A stretch of DNA of 64,000 nucleotides, taken from a virus. The position numbers and the translations under genes are program-made. Positions 10,632-19,273 of the stretch are shown here, in pieces (positions within the stretch are counted from its first letter, which is position 1; the number at the start of each line of letters is the position of its first letter). Below the pieces are notes generated by a model that was not told the DNA's origin, ran no database searches, and was given only the letters and a program-made list of their open reading frames with translations. Location of the stretch: the IMG/VR virus record IMGVR_UViG_3300007276_000043, positions 1 through 64,000 of that record, one strand, 5' to 3'.

Positions 10632-11462
10632 GTCAGCCCCAAAGGGCACCTCCAATTCTTGCTCAAAGCCGCATGCGGTACAAGAATAGTCGTCAATAAC
10701 CTTGACATCGGGATTAACTGCTTTGTAGCAAGACCTAAGAAATCTTGAATCTCTTGTAGGTAAATTATTAACAAACTGATTAATGACTTCTTGTTCAGTA
10801 TAGCCAGCCACTGAAACAATCATTCTTTTATATTGATCTGTCAAGGCAGACTCTAATAATTTGCCTTTTGCTTTATTTGTTGAAAGTTGGGACAGATATA
10901 TTTCGTCCTTACCTTTGAGTAATTTAAAGTGTACTTCGTATTTAGACAGAGGCATTGTGACTTTAAAATTGCCTTCTGGTGTTTGACTCACTCCTAAATT
11001 TTCGTCTAATGTTGTTTCGTGAGTCTTTGTATTAGTTAGATCAAAATTAAAGTCTGAGGTGTCACCACATGCTGGGCAGCTTACTCTTGTGACGTAATCT
11101 GCTCCATATCCTGAAATACGGGCGGCGATAATAATAGCATTTCGGTCACCAACAAGCAACGAAGAGGCTTTAAAATTCTTATTTACAATTATATTATCTA
11201 AGAGCCTTTCAATAGCAATCCCTTTCTTTAGAAGCGTTTTAGAGGTTAATATATCCTCATCTTTAGCTGTCATGTAACGAATTTCAATCGTATCTTGGCC
11301 ATGCATTGGGTGACTACTATCGTAACCTAAACCCTTCGAGGGAAGATCAACAAACTCTGTTGGTGCAACAAAATGCATTGGGCTCTGAACACTTGTTGTC
11401 TCTGGGGTTGGAGCCTCTGCTTGAGGGACTGCTCCAGTTCGTCCCATATTGTTTCTACTCAA
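10611..11462 (-). CDS. Baseplate hub / tail assembly chaperone (T4 gp26-like) with two CxxC pairs
   Basis: VDLPSKG..Y...IRYMTAKDEDILTS...LLVGDRNAIIIAARISGYG, CPACG and CTACG, C-terminal DFFWP; between tube and TMP. Confidence 0.75.
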   Translation of the reverse strand: MSRNNMGRTGAVPQAEAPTPETTSVQSPMHFVAPTEFVDLPSKGLGYDSSHPMHGQDTIEIRYMTAKDEDILTSKTLLKKGIAIERLLDNIIVNKNFKASSLLVGDRNAIIIAARISGYGADYVTRVSCPACGDTSDFNFDLTNTKTHETTLDENLGVSQTPEGNFKVTMPLSKYEVHFKLLKGKDEIYLSQLSTNKAKGKLLESALTDQYKRMIVSVAGYTEQEVINQFVNNLPTRDSRFLRSCYKAVNPDVKVIDDYSCTACGFEQELEVPFGADFFWPDR

Positions 11463-11479
11463 TTTTCACCTCTTTAAAA

Positions 11480-12016
11480 TTATTTTTCTGTTGTCGCATA
11501 ATCATAAGCGACAGTTATTTCTATTGAAACCAGGTCATCGCTGCTATAATCTAAATCGCCATAATTAACAGACTTAATGAATGAATTTACCAATGTCCAA
11601 GTTCTTAATGTAGTACCATCGTCCTTCATTTGTTCTATTACAAAATTAGATACTTTTGCAGCAGCGGTGGTGGTGGCGGCTACTCCGGCGGCGGCGGGGG
11701 TGGTTTTTTTCTTTGTAACTGATTCTATCTTTAAAATCCCCTCCTCTTGGAGAAAATTAAAATCTTTAGAAACCAACACCTTTTTAACTTCTTCAACAGC
11801 GGAAGCAACATCGACAATACTAATGGTCACATCATTCCAAGTGGGTACACCAGGATACTTAAACTTTTGATTTAAAAGTTGATATTCATTAGTATTGATC
11901 TCAAATGAAGGCAAAGTAACAGAATTAGCGTACCACCAATTGATATTCTGAGTTGTTCCTACTTTAAATCTGTATTTTCTTGCGGGACTTGCGTCCTTGT
12001 TACTCCAAAAAGCCAT
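11480..12016 (-). CDS. Tail tube protein, paralog 2 (gp19-like)
   Basis: RKYRF...LPSFE...KYPG...W..V...WTLVNSFIKSVNYGDLDYSSDDL..IEITVAYDYA. Confidence 0.8.
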   Translation of the reverse strand: MAFWSNKDASPARKYRFKVGTTQNINWWYANSVTLPSFEINTNEYQLLNQKFKYPGVPTWNDVTISIVDVASAVEEVKKVLVSKDFNFLQEEGILKIESVTKKKTTPAAAGVAATTTAAAKVSNFVIEQMKDDGTTLRTWTLVNSFIKSVNYGDLDYSSDDLVSIEITVAYDYATTEK

Positions 12017-12033
12017 TTAAACCTCTTATTGAA

Positions 12034-12585
12034 TTAACTTTTAGCTTCAAATCGTGTATCTGCACCGGCACCGCCAGTACAAGTTGCCCAATCATAACGA
12101 AGAGTCATATCAATTTGTTTCAAATCGTCGCTACTATAGTCTAGATCGCCAAACTTAGCAGACTTAATGAACGGATTTTTCAATTCCCAAATTTCAATTT
12201 CTTTTCCTTCAGCGTCTAAGACTTCAATCTTAACCAATCCTAAGCCAGCGGCTTTCTTCTTGGAAATAGAAGGCTTGTTTGCTGCGGCACCTTCGTTTGC
12301 AGGTACGATATATCCACTGTCTACAAGCATCTTATTTAATAAGTCGGTTGCATCGGGAGAAATAGGATCAACAAGAGTCAATGAGACCTCTGACCAAGAG
12401 ACTCTCCCTGGGAAGTAATATTTATTATCCATATGATTGTGTTCAACTTCTGAAACATCAAATGAAGGAAGAGTGGCTGTTTTTGCCCACCATACGATAG
12501 AGTTAGCTTGTCCGAAAGGGATCATAGTAACTTTAAATCTATAATTTCTTTTTGCCTCTGATGTGTGGCTGCTCCAAAATGCCAT
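12034..12585 (-). CDS. Tail tube protein, paralog 1 (gp19-like)
   Basis: KRNYRF...YYFPGRVSWSEVSLTLVDP...WELKNPFIKSAKFGDLDYSSDDL..IDMTLRYDWA; directly after sheath. Confidence 0.85.
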   Translation of the reverse strand: MAFWSSHTSEAKRNYRFKVTMIPFGQANSIVWWAKTATLPSFDVSEVEHNHMDNKYYFPGRVSWSEVSLTLVDPISPDATDLLNKMLVDSGYIVPANEGAAANKPSISKKKAAGLGLVKIEVLDAEGKEIEIWELKNPFIKSAKFGDLDYSSDDLKQIDMTLRYDWATCTGGAGADTRFEAKS

Positions 12586-12625
12586 AATTTGTTTTCTCCT
12601 TATTATAACTTAATTAGTTTCTACT

Positions 12626-15577
12626 CTAGAATTGAACGCCTGATCTTGTGATAACAAAATCAATTGCAATAAATTCTATTGCTCTTGCTGGCTTGACGAA
12701 AATCTTAGCATATAAAATGTTTTGATCAACCAAAGAAGGTGTCGTAGTTGTTTCGTCTAGAATAAGCTTGTATTCTGTGATTCCAAATCTTGCTTGGACA
12801 TCAGCCAAGATCAAATCAGCACTTGACTTGAAACGTGACCATGTTGCTTGAACATTTTGATCAAAAAGAATAGTATCTGCAATTGCTCCAACTCTCTTCT
12901 TGAGGTAAATCATCAATCGTCTTACATTGATCCTGTCCAATGCGGAAGGAGTTTGTTGCAGTGTCTTCTGACCGAAGATTACAATTTCTCCAACTGCTGG
13001 GAATCGTGCGATTGGGTTGATATTTAATTCATATAGTTCATCGCGATCTGCTTTTGGAAGGTTCTTCCAAGTTCCGACAACGCGAGGGCCGTCATTTCCA
13101 CCAAGGATAGAGATACCACCACGATTGAACCCAGCAGGTGCGAACCAAGGTCCTTCTGAATTTGCGTCAGAGAAAGCCAAAGCTCCAAGGCCAGCTACAG
13201 AAGCAGGAGCGACAAATACATCACCGTTTCCAGAAAGTGTATCGCGCATACGAACTCTTGGGTAGTAAGTGGCTGCGTAGCTAGTGTTTAAATCTCTAGT
13301 GCGAGCAGTGGCTTTAACATCATTAATTGAACCACCGGTTCTTGTACCTGAATTTTCGTATGTTTCTTTGTATTCATCATCCAAATCAATAATCGCTAAT
13401 GCATCGCCACGATCTTCAACGTCGGAAAGTAATTGATTACTTAGTGCTGTGTTTGTGAGGCCAGGAATAGAAACAACATCATAAGCTACTACTTCACTAT
13501 CTGATATAGAATCAATTGCTTTCTTAATTGAATAATTAGCATAGTGCGTAGTGTCATCGCGACTAGTAACATCTAAAACATTTTTATTTGAAAATGGATC
13601 TACTTGTGTTATATCAAGACCGTCAAATCCACCAAACATTGGAAGAGCAAACTTGCGAACACCGTCAGTCAATAGTGATTGTGATCCTGAAGCTGCTGTT
13701 TCGGCATGACCGGTTGCATGAGACCCAGAGGCCCAATAAAATTTACCATCAAGTTTTCTAACTTCATCTAAAGAAAATACAAAAGAATATTGTGTTGCAT
13801 CAGCAGCATTGTGTAGATCTATTCCACCGCCTTGGTAACGAAGTAGATCAATATAACTTCTATCACTTAAAGTATTTCTTTCGTTTTTAGAAGCAAACTT
13901 GTGCTTTAATCCAAAAAGATCTTTTGCAAGGTAATTTGAACCAGCCCTTGCTGTATTTTGTTCTGTTAATTTTAATCTTGGAGTAGAGAAAGACATTGTT
14001 AATTCCACTGTTGCGTCTTCCGTTCCGAGACCGTAGAAAATAGCATTAGCTGCGTCTCCACTAAAATAAGGAACACCAGCGGCGGCAGCTTTAGCATAAA
14101 GACCAGTCGCTGCTGTTGCGTTAGCAAGTAATGTACCTTCGGGAAGAAGATTTGCACCACTACCAGAAACAATAGAAAAACCTTTTTGATGGACTGGGCC
14201 AAAGAATCCCCAAGGAATCTTGTATGCATCATCGATTGTAGCTTTCCAGTCATCAGCCATTTCTATACGAATGTAATCTGATTGATTTGGATACTCTCCA
14301 TATAATTCATACCGCTCTTTGTTATTGTCCCAGGTTTGAAATTGATCGCCTAATCTCTTTCCTACAAAGTCTTCTGAGGATTCGTCAAGGTTTAGGTTTG
14401 AAAATTGCTCTACTATATCGTCATTTAAGTTACGAACTGTGATTGAAAAAGATGAATTTGGATTCTTAACTGATCCGAGTTGTAGATCTTCAACTGCAAT
14501 ATAGTAATTTTTCTCAAACCAATCGCCTTCACTTAGAGCAACCAAACGAAAAAGTTTTGATTGCTTATCAGAAGCAAAGTTTGCAGTATCTACTGTGGGA
14601 GCAGGATCACGATTGATGACCCAACCGGTCTTTGAGGTAGTTGCTTGTGCCGTGTGGTATAACAGGTTATTGGCAGCAAGCGAACCTGATTGCAATGGTA
14701 GCAATAAACCATATTGTTGACCAGCGGTGGCGGCTGTGCCACCTGGGCTTGTTATCAAGCGGCTAACTGCTTCTTCATATGTTTCTCCAACAAAATAATT
14801 TTTTGCCTGACCAGCAGCAAAATTAGTTGAATAGGTTTTTTGCGGATTTGTGTTTAAAACATTTCTAATATAGTTTGTTTTCTCATCTGGGTCTAGGTGG
14901 AATACCAATGATTCAGCAGGACTCCAAGATGCAGGGGCAACGGCAGCAGCATCAGTTGATACTTCTATTTTAAAGGTTGCAGGTTTTCCTGCTGTTGAGA
15001 TAGACTCAATAAGGGCACCAGCGGAAGAAGTAGTAACTGTTCCACCAGTACCTGCTAGAGTTCCACTTAAAGTAAGTGCCGAACCTGTTGTATAAAAAAC
15101 TGCCGCTAGTGTTCCATTAAGCTGCGAGCCTCCGGAGCCAGAAGGAACTATAAATAACCCATAAGCAGTTCCATTAGACGCTGGGGCCGCTTCTAAGTCT
15201 GCGCCTCCAAGATCCCAACCAGCTTTAACATAGCCGTCGGCTTGGCTTGGTGAATCTTCACCAAGAAGGCGCACAAATGTAACAGGAGATGTGTTTGATG
15301 CCAACCATGCTTGGGCAGCATACATCGCATATGTAGGGCCTTGGTTGTTACCATCACGCCAAACATCATCATTGATTGTGCCTTTGCCACTAACTGGCTT
15401 TCCAAATACATCAGTGAAATTTTCTAAACTATTAACCTTAATCGGCTTGAGAGCCGGTCCACTTGGTGAACGGCCAATAACTAATAAACCATCGTCTTGC
15501 AACGGAGCTTCAATTTTACTCTGATCAATCTCTGTGATCTGAACTCCAGGTGAAACGAAATCAAACTTTCTAGGCAT
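12626..15577 (-). CDS. Tail sheath protein (gp18-like)
   Basis: N-terminal FVSPGVQITEID; C-terminal PWFAPAGFNRG, INPIARFP, IFGQKTLQ, ALDRINVRRL, KPARAIEFIAIDF. Confidence 0.95.
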   Translation of the reverse strand: MPRKFDFVSPGVQITEIDQSKIEAPLQDDGLLVIGRSPSGPALKPIKVNSLENFTDVFGKPVSGKGTINDDVWRDGNNQGPTYAMYAAQAWLASNTSPVTFVRLLGEDSPSQADGYVKAGWDLGGADLEAAPASNGTAYGLFIVPSGSGGSQLNGTLAAVFYTTGSALTLSGTLAGTGGTVTTSSAGALIESISTAGKPATFKIEVSTDAAAVAPASWSPAESLVFHLDPDEKTNYIRNVLNTNPQKTYSTNFAAGQAKNYFVGETYEEAVSRLITSPGGTAATAGQQYGLLLPLQSGSLAANNLLYHTAQATTSKTGWVINRDPAPTVDTANFASDKQSKLFRLVALSEGDWFEKNYYIAVEDLQLGSVKNPNSSFSITVRNLNDDIVEQFSNLNLDESSEDFVGKRLGDQFQTWDNNKERYELYGEYPNQSDYIRIEMADDWKATIDDAYKIPWGFFGPVHQKGFSIVSGSGANLLPEGTLLANATAATGLYAKAAAAGVPYFSGDAANAIFYGLGTEDATVELTMSFSTPRLKLTEQNTARAGSNYLAKDLFGLKHKFASKNERNTLSDRSYIDLLRYQGGGIDLHNAADATQYSFVFSLDEVRKLDGKFYWASGSHATGHAETAASGSQSLLTDGVRKFALPMFGGFDGLDITQVDPFSNKNVLDVTSRDDTTHYANYSIKKAIDSISDSEVVAYDVVSIPGLTNTALSNQLLSDVEDRGDALAIIDLDDEYKETYENSGTRTGGSINDVKATARTRDLNTSYAATYYPRVRMRDTLSGNGDVFVAPASVAGLGALAFSDANSEGPWFAPAGFNRGGISILGGNDGPRVVGTWKNLPKADRDELYELNINPIARFPAVGEIVIFGQKTLQQTPSALDRINVRRLMIYLKKRVGAIADTILFDQNVQATWSRFKSSADLILADVQARFGITEYKLILDETTTTPSLVDQNILYAKIFVKPARAIEFIAIDFVITRSGVQF

Positions 15578-15637
15578 TAAAATACTCTGCTTTAAATAAT
15601 TAACTCACAGTAAATAGTATTGTTTTAGTCTAAAAAC

Positions 15638-16477
15638 CTATTCTCTGTAATCGTTGTCTTTTTCTTTCCAGGGAATCTTGTCTCCAACGATAACCCGCTC
15701 TCTAGATACCCGAATTTTAACATAATTCTCTCTGATTGTGACTTTTGGACGCTCTCGATTCTTGCCTTCTCCAATCAAATATCCAAGCACTTTAATTTGC
15801 ACAATTGTCTCGAACATTCGCTCGTCGTCGCCCAGATCCTTAACATTTTTAACTTCTGTAAAATCAGGTTGAATGAAGCCTTCGTATTTATAGCCGTCTT
15901 GTTCGAAGAAAAAGCCATTGATATTTCCCGTTTTAGTGATAAAAGGGGCAACTAAGTCGTTCATTTGCTGCTGATATTCCGTTCTTATGATAATACTATA
16001 CATTACAGTAACATATGAAGGCACAGGAATCGTTATTTCTTGATATACGGTCTTGTGCTTGTTGTTCAATTGTGGACCAGTTTCTCTACTGTCCTTTAAT
16101 AATCTCGCAATATCAGCATTAGTGAAGTTTCTTGTTTTCTCTTGCTGTATTCTTCGTGTGATTGTAACTGTGCCGCCTTTATAGTCGTCCTTTTCGGGAT
16201 AATGAGCTTGAAATCTACCCTTGAAAGTTGGGTCTTTTGTGATCGATTCACGGGTTACAGAAATTATAGGGAGTTTCAATCTGTCGTCACCGTCTCTTAA
16301 AAGTTCGTCTTTTTTGACCTGAAATGCCCTTTCGGATCCAAGCCAAATAACTGGGACTTTCTTCCAACCTTCGTTAGTTGTTGTATGTAAAGCGAGGGTA
16401 TTATCTGCCCAATTATAAAGCCCCATATCAATTGTTTCAATCGTTGAGGGGTCAAATATTATTTCTTTAACTTGCAT
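15638..16477 (-). CDS. Tail terminator / sheath stabiliser (gp15-like)
   Basis: KKVPVIW...ERA, LKLPIISVTR, PVPSYVTVMYSIII..EYQQQMNDLV; synteny between neck and sheath genes. Confidence 0.6.
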   Translation of the reverse strand: MQVKEIIFDPSTIETIDMGLYNWADNTLALHTTTNEGWKKVPVIWLGSERAFQVKKDELLRDGDDRLKLPIISVTRESITKDPTFKGRFQAHYPEKDDYKGGTVTITRRIQQEKTRNFTNADIARLLKDSRETGPQLNNKHKTVYQEITIPVPSYVTVMYSIIIRTEYQQQMNDLVAPFITKTGNINGFFFEQDGYKYEGFIQPDFTEVKNVKDLGDDERMFETIVQIKVLGYLIGEGKNRERPKVTIRENYVKIRVSRERVIVGDKIPWKEKDNDYRE

Positions 16478-16955
16478 TGAATAATCCGTCTCTTGCTCTA
16501 ATACACTCTGCTACTGTTTCAAACTCATGCTCTGGTTGTCCAAACAAATGTTTGGGTTCAGATTTTTTCATGATCTCGTAGTAAATATCGCCATATCTAA
16601 CAAAATCACCAACTCTAACTTCTAAGTCTTGGTCTTCAGTTAATCTCCTTCTGTGGAATTTAACGGTTATCTTTTCCATTGCATCAACTGCGATATTGGA
16701 TAAGAAGCTTGTTTCTTCTCCACCGTATTCAACAAGAGCGAATACTCTAACTGGTGGTAAGAAAGTTTTTTCTATAGCCTCGCCATAAAGAGGATGGTAA
16801 TTTGTGTGTTCTATATCAATTGGAAAATAAAGCACCTGTTGTCCGATAACTCTTTCAATGATTTCGTCATTTACTTGTTTTACCAGATCTCTTTCTTTCT
16901 CTCCAAGAAACATTGGAGGAGGAGGTTGGGCTGCTTTTTTCCACTTATCTGCCAT
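16467..16955 (-). CDS. Neck / head closure protein (gp14-like)
   Basis: GQQVLYFPID....HPLYGEA..K.F, VGDFVRYGDIYYEI; synteny. Confidence 0.65.
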   Translation of the reverse strand: MADKWKKAAQPPPPMFLGEKERDLVKQVNDEIIERVIGQQVLYFPIDIEHTNYHPLYGEAIEKTFLPPVRVFALVEYGGEETSFLSNIAVDAMEKITVKFHRRRLTEDQDLEVRVGDFVRYGDIYYEIMKKSEPKHLFGQPEHEFETVAECIRARDGLFNAS

Positions 16956-16959
16956 TTAT

Positions 16960-18213
16960 TTATCCTACGAAAATCTTCAAGGGCGTTTTGCCAACAACAT
17001 TTTGAGCATTATCAGACATCTCAGAGTCAGTGGCAAGAAGCTTTGGATAGGTCATTTCATCCAACTGGGTCTTTAATTCTTCTCTTAGAGTCTGTTGTTC
17101 GTCTTTTGCTTGAGACAGTAAGTCAGAAGCGTTTAGACTAATATTATCTCCGGGGATCGGTATAGACCCTCCAAATTTTCCTCTAATCTGTCCCAACGTC
17201 TCCTTAGATAAAGCAAGAGAAAATCTGCGGATCCATTGCTTACCAATTGAATTAATATTTTCATAAGGAAGATTTTCAAAAGGAAGCGTATTCATATTAT
17301 TGATTCCGTTTTGCCCAGACTCATAATCGTCTTCCCATGGTTCTTTTTCTTTTTCAATTGAAAACCTAAACCAAAAACTCTGAGGGGAGACACTATCTGG
17401 TATAGGATATAACCTTAATTTGTTATTAATAATTTCATATGAATAGTGAGAAGTTCTAGTATACAAATGATCCTCATATTGAATGGCTTGTATTTTATTT
17501 TGCCATACTGGGATTACTTGAAAAGAAGAATCATCTGAATATTGTCCGTAAGTGTTCATATTTCCAACGACATTTAGGCCACCATAATATCCATAAAATC
17601 TCCACATCTGTCGAGGAGTTATATAATAAACTTGATGAATCTTGACTCTTCGGCCATCAACTTTATTATAGTAAGGAGCACCTGTGTCTGTTGCCGCTGA
17701 TTCAGATACAATGGTTTGTAAGTCATAATCTTGCTCGTCAGATACTGTTGCAAAAGAAGCAGAATATATTGTCTGTCTTCCTCCTACAACTGCTTCTGTT
17801 GAATATGCATCGGCAATACGAAATGCCGCTTCAAAGGAATATTTTGGGTATTTAAGAGCTACATCTTCAGGGCCAGTAGTTACCTCCCCTTTGTGGTCGA
17901 AACTTGCTGTTTGCGCCCCTAGCATTGATCCTAGAGTGTTTTTTGATTGATGTATGTTTACTAAATAAGAATATTCTAATACTGCTTCCTCATAATTGGC
18001 ATAAACGTTCTGTTCGGTCAGTTCAATGTCCAGAACATCGCCACCTAATTTTTTATAAGTAAAGTTAACTTGTTTAGCTGCACCGGTTACAAAGTGAACC
18101 GAGCCAGAATAAACTCCAAGCGGAAGCCCAGCAACAACATTTGCTGTACTACCGGTCTCTGGTAGCACTATAGCACTCTTAGTAGAAGCTGGTGTTAAAG
18201 TTGGTATTGACAT
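16960..18213 (-). CDS. Neck protein (gp13-like head-tail adaptor); start refined to MSIPTL
   Basis: KLGGDVLDIEL, WIRRFSLALSKETLGQIRGKF..IPIPG..ISLNASDLL; SD GGGGGA upstream of ATG 18213. Confidence 0.75.
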   Translation of the reverse strand: MSIPTLTPASTKSAIVLPETGSTANVVAGLPLGVYSGSVHFVTGAAKQVNFTYKKLGGDVLDIELTEQNVYANYEEAVLEYSYLVNIHQSKNTLGSMLGAQTASFDHKGEVTTGPEDVALKYPKYSFEAAFRIADAYSTEAVVGGRQTIYSASFATVSDEQDYDLQTIVSESAATDTGAPYYNKVDGRRVKIHQVYYITPRQMWRFYGYYGGLNVVGNMNTYGQYSDDSSFQVIPVWQNKIQAIQYEDHLYTRTSHYSYEIINNKLRLYPIPDSVSPQSFWFRFSIEKEKEPWEDDYESGQNGINNMNTLPFENLPYENINSIGKQWIRRFSLALSKETLGQIRGKFGGSIPIPGDNISLNASDLLSQAKDEQQTLREELKTQLDEMTYPKLLATDSEMSDNAQNVVGKTPLKIFVG

Positions 18214-18262
18214 ACATAAATCCCCCAATCAAGATTAAATAGTTTCCAGAATGGGAAAGCTT

Positions 18263-18574
18263 CTATCTCTTCTTTGTAGTTGTCTTTGTTGCTTTTTTGC
18301 GAAAGCTTTTTTTAACTGGGGTTGCTTTTTTTGCTTTTGCTTCGGCTTCTTTCTTTGCTTCTTCTTTGGCTCTGAGTTCAGCAGCTTCAGCTTCGGCTTT
18401 GAGTTTAGCTGCTTTGGCTTCGGCTTCTTGTGCTTCTTTCAATTTTTGAATTCTTACGGAGTTTTCTTCTACGATTCTACCAAGGCCATTTCTAATAAGG
18501 TCTTGATCTGGGACTTCTTGTCCAGCATTTAATTTTCTAATAATTAACTTTTTTCTTTTGGATCTTCTACCCAT
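18263..18574 (-). CDS. Basic Lys/Ala-rich protein (histone H1-like tail)
   Basis: MGRRSKRKK...AEAKAAKLKAEAEAA...KKATPVKKSFRKKATKTTTKKR; SD AAGGAG. Confidence 0.6.
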   Translation of the reverse strand: MGRRSKRKKLIIRKLNAGQEVPDQDLIRNGLGRIVEENSVRIQKLKEAQEAEAKAAKLKAEAEAAELRAKEEAKKEAEAKAKKATPVKKSFRKKATKTTTKKR

Positions 18575-18613
18575 AATATTCTCCTTAAATATAAAATAAT
18601 TAGTCTCAAATAG

Positions 18614-18636
18614 AAAAAGCCCACCGAAGTGAGCTT
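18614..18636 (-). terminator. Rho-independent terminator with UUCG loop
   Basis: mRNA AAGCUCAC-UUCG-GUGGGCUU followed by UUUCU. Confidence 0.75.
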
Positions 18637-18660
18637 AGTCTTAATAAGTGGAAATATTTC

Positions 18661-19152
18661 CTATGATCCAGAGAATACAGCAGTAATGTTGCTTGTGTGG
18701 TTTGTCAAGAAATCATATCTTACATACCAGCCAGTCCCATCACAAACACACTCAATTGAGCTACCAGCCATAAGCAAGTGTGTATCGCCAGCTCCATCAG
18801 CAAAAGTTAATGTGTGGTGATTCTCACCAAGCTTTGCAGCACCAGCGGTTGGGCACGGAACATGACTACTGTAGTTTCCGTTTAGAAGGGTTCTTACACC
18901 ATAGCCAGCCATTTTTTCTGTTGCAGTGGTTCCTGTTTTAATTACAAGATTAGCGGAGTTAAGACCAGCCAAATCATCTTTAATAATAAATTTAAAATAC
19001 GCTCCGTCTTGTACCGCTGGAAGGGTGATGGTGCATAAAGCACTAATCAAATAGGTCTCACCGGTTTCAGCAGTTTCAATTGTTTTGCTCGCAGAAATCG
19101 TTTCCATTCTTTGACGACTTGCGACTCTTGCACTTCTTGCGCTCTTTGACAT
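18661..19152 (-). CDS. Putative capsid decoration / virion protein (163 aa)
   Basis: Immediately downstream of MCP. TITLPA..DGAYFKFII and CDGTGWY resemble the C-terminal domain of the fibre array. Confidence 0.5.
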   Translation of the reverse strand: MSKSARSARVASRQRMETISASKTIETAETGETYLISALCTITLPAVQDGAYFKFIIKDDLAGLNSANLVIKTGTTATEKMAGYGVRTLLNGNYSSHVPCPTAGAAKLGENHHTLTFADGAGDTHLLMAGSSIECVCDGTGWYVRYDFLTNHTSNITAVFSGS

Positions 19153-19212
19153 AGTTAATATCTCCTAAAAATATATATTCGCTCTATGCGATCAATAGTA
19201 AATAGTATGTTC

Positions 19213-19250
19213 AAAAAGAAAAACCCCCGATGAAATAAATCATCGAGGGC
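19213..19250 (-). terminator. Rho-independent terminator after major capsid gene
   Basis: mRNA GCCCUCGAUG-AUUUAUUU-CAUCGGGGGU followed by UUUUCUUUUU. Confidence 0.75.
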
Positions 19251-19273
19251 ATTTATTTATCCTAAGTTAATTT

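Noticed and set aside
10632-10819. N-terminal half of track ORF 10439..10819
   Set aside because: Lies wholly within the gp26-like gene in another frame. Only the part after the T7 run looks protein-like.
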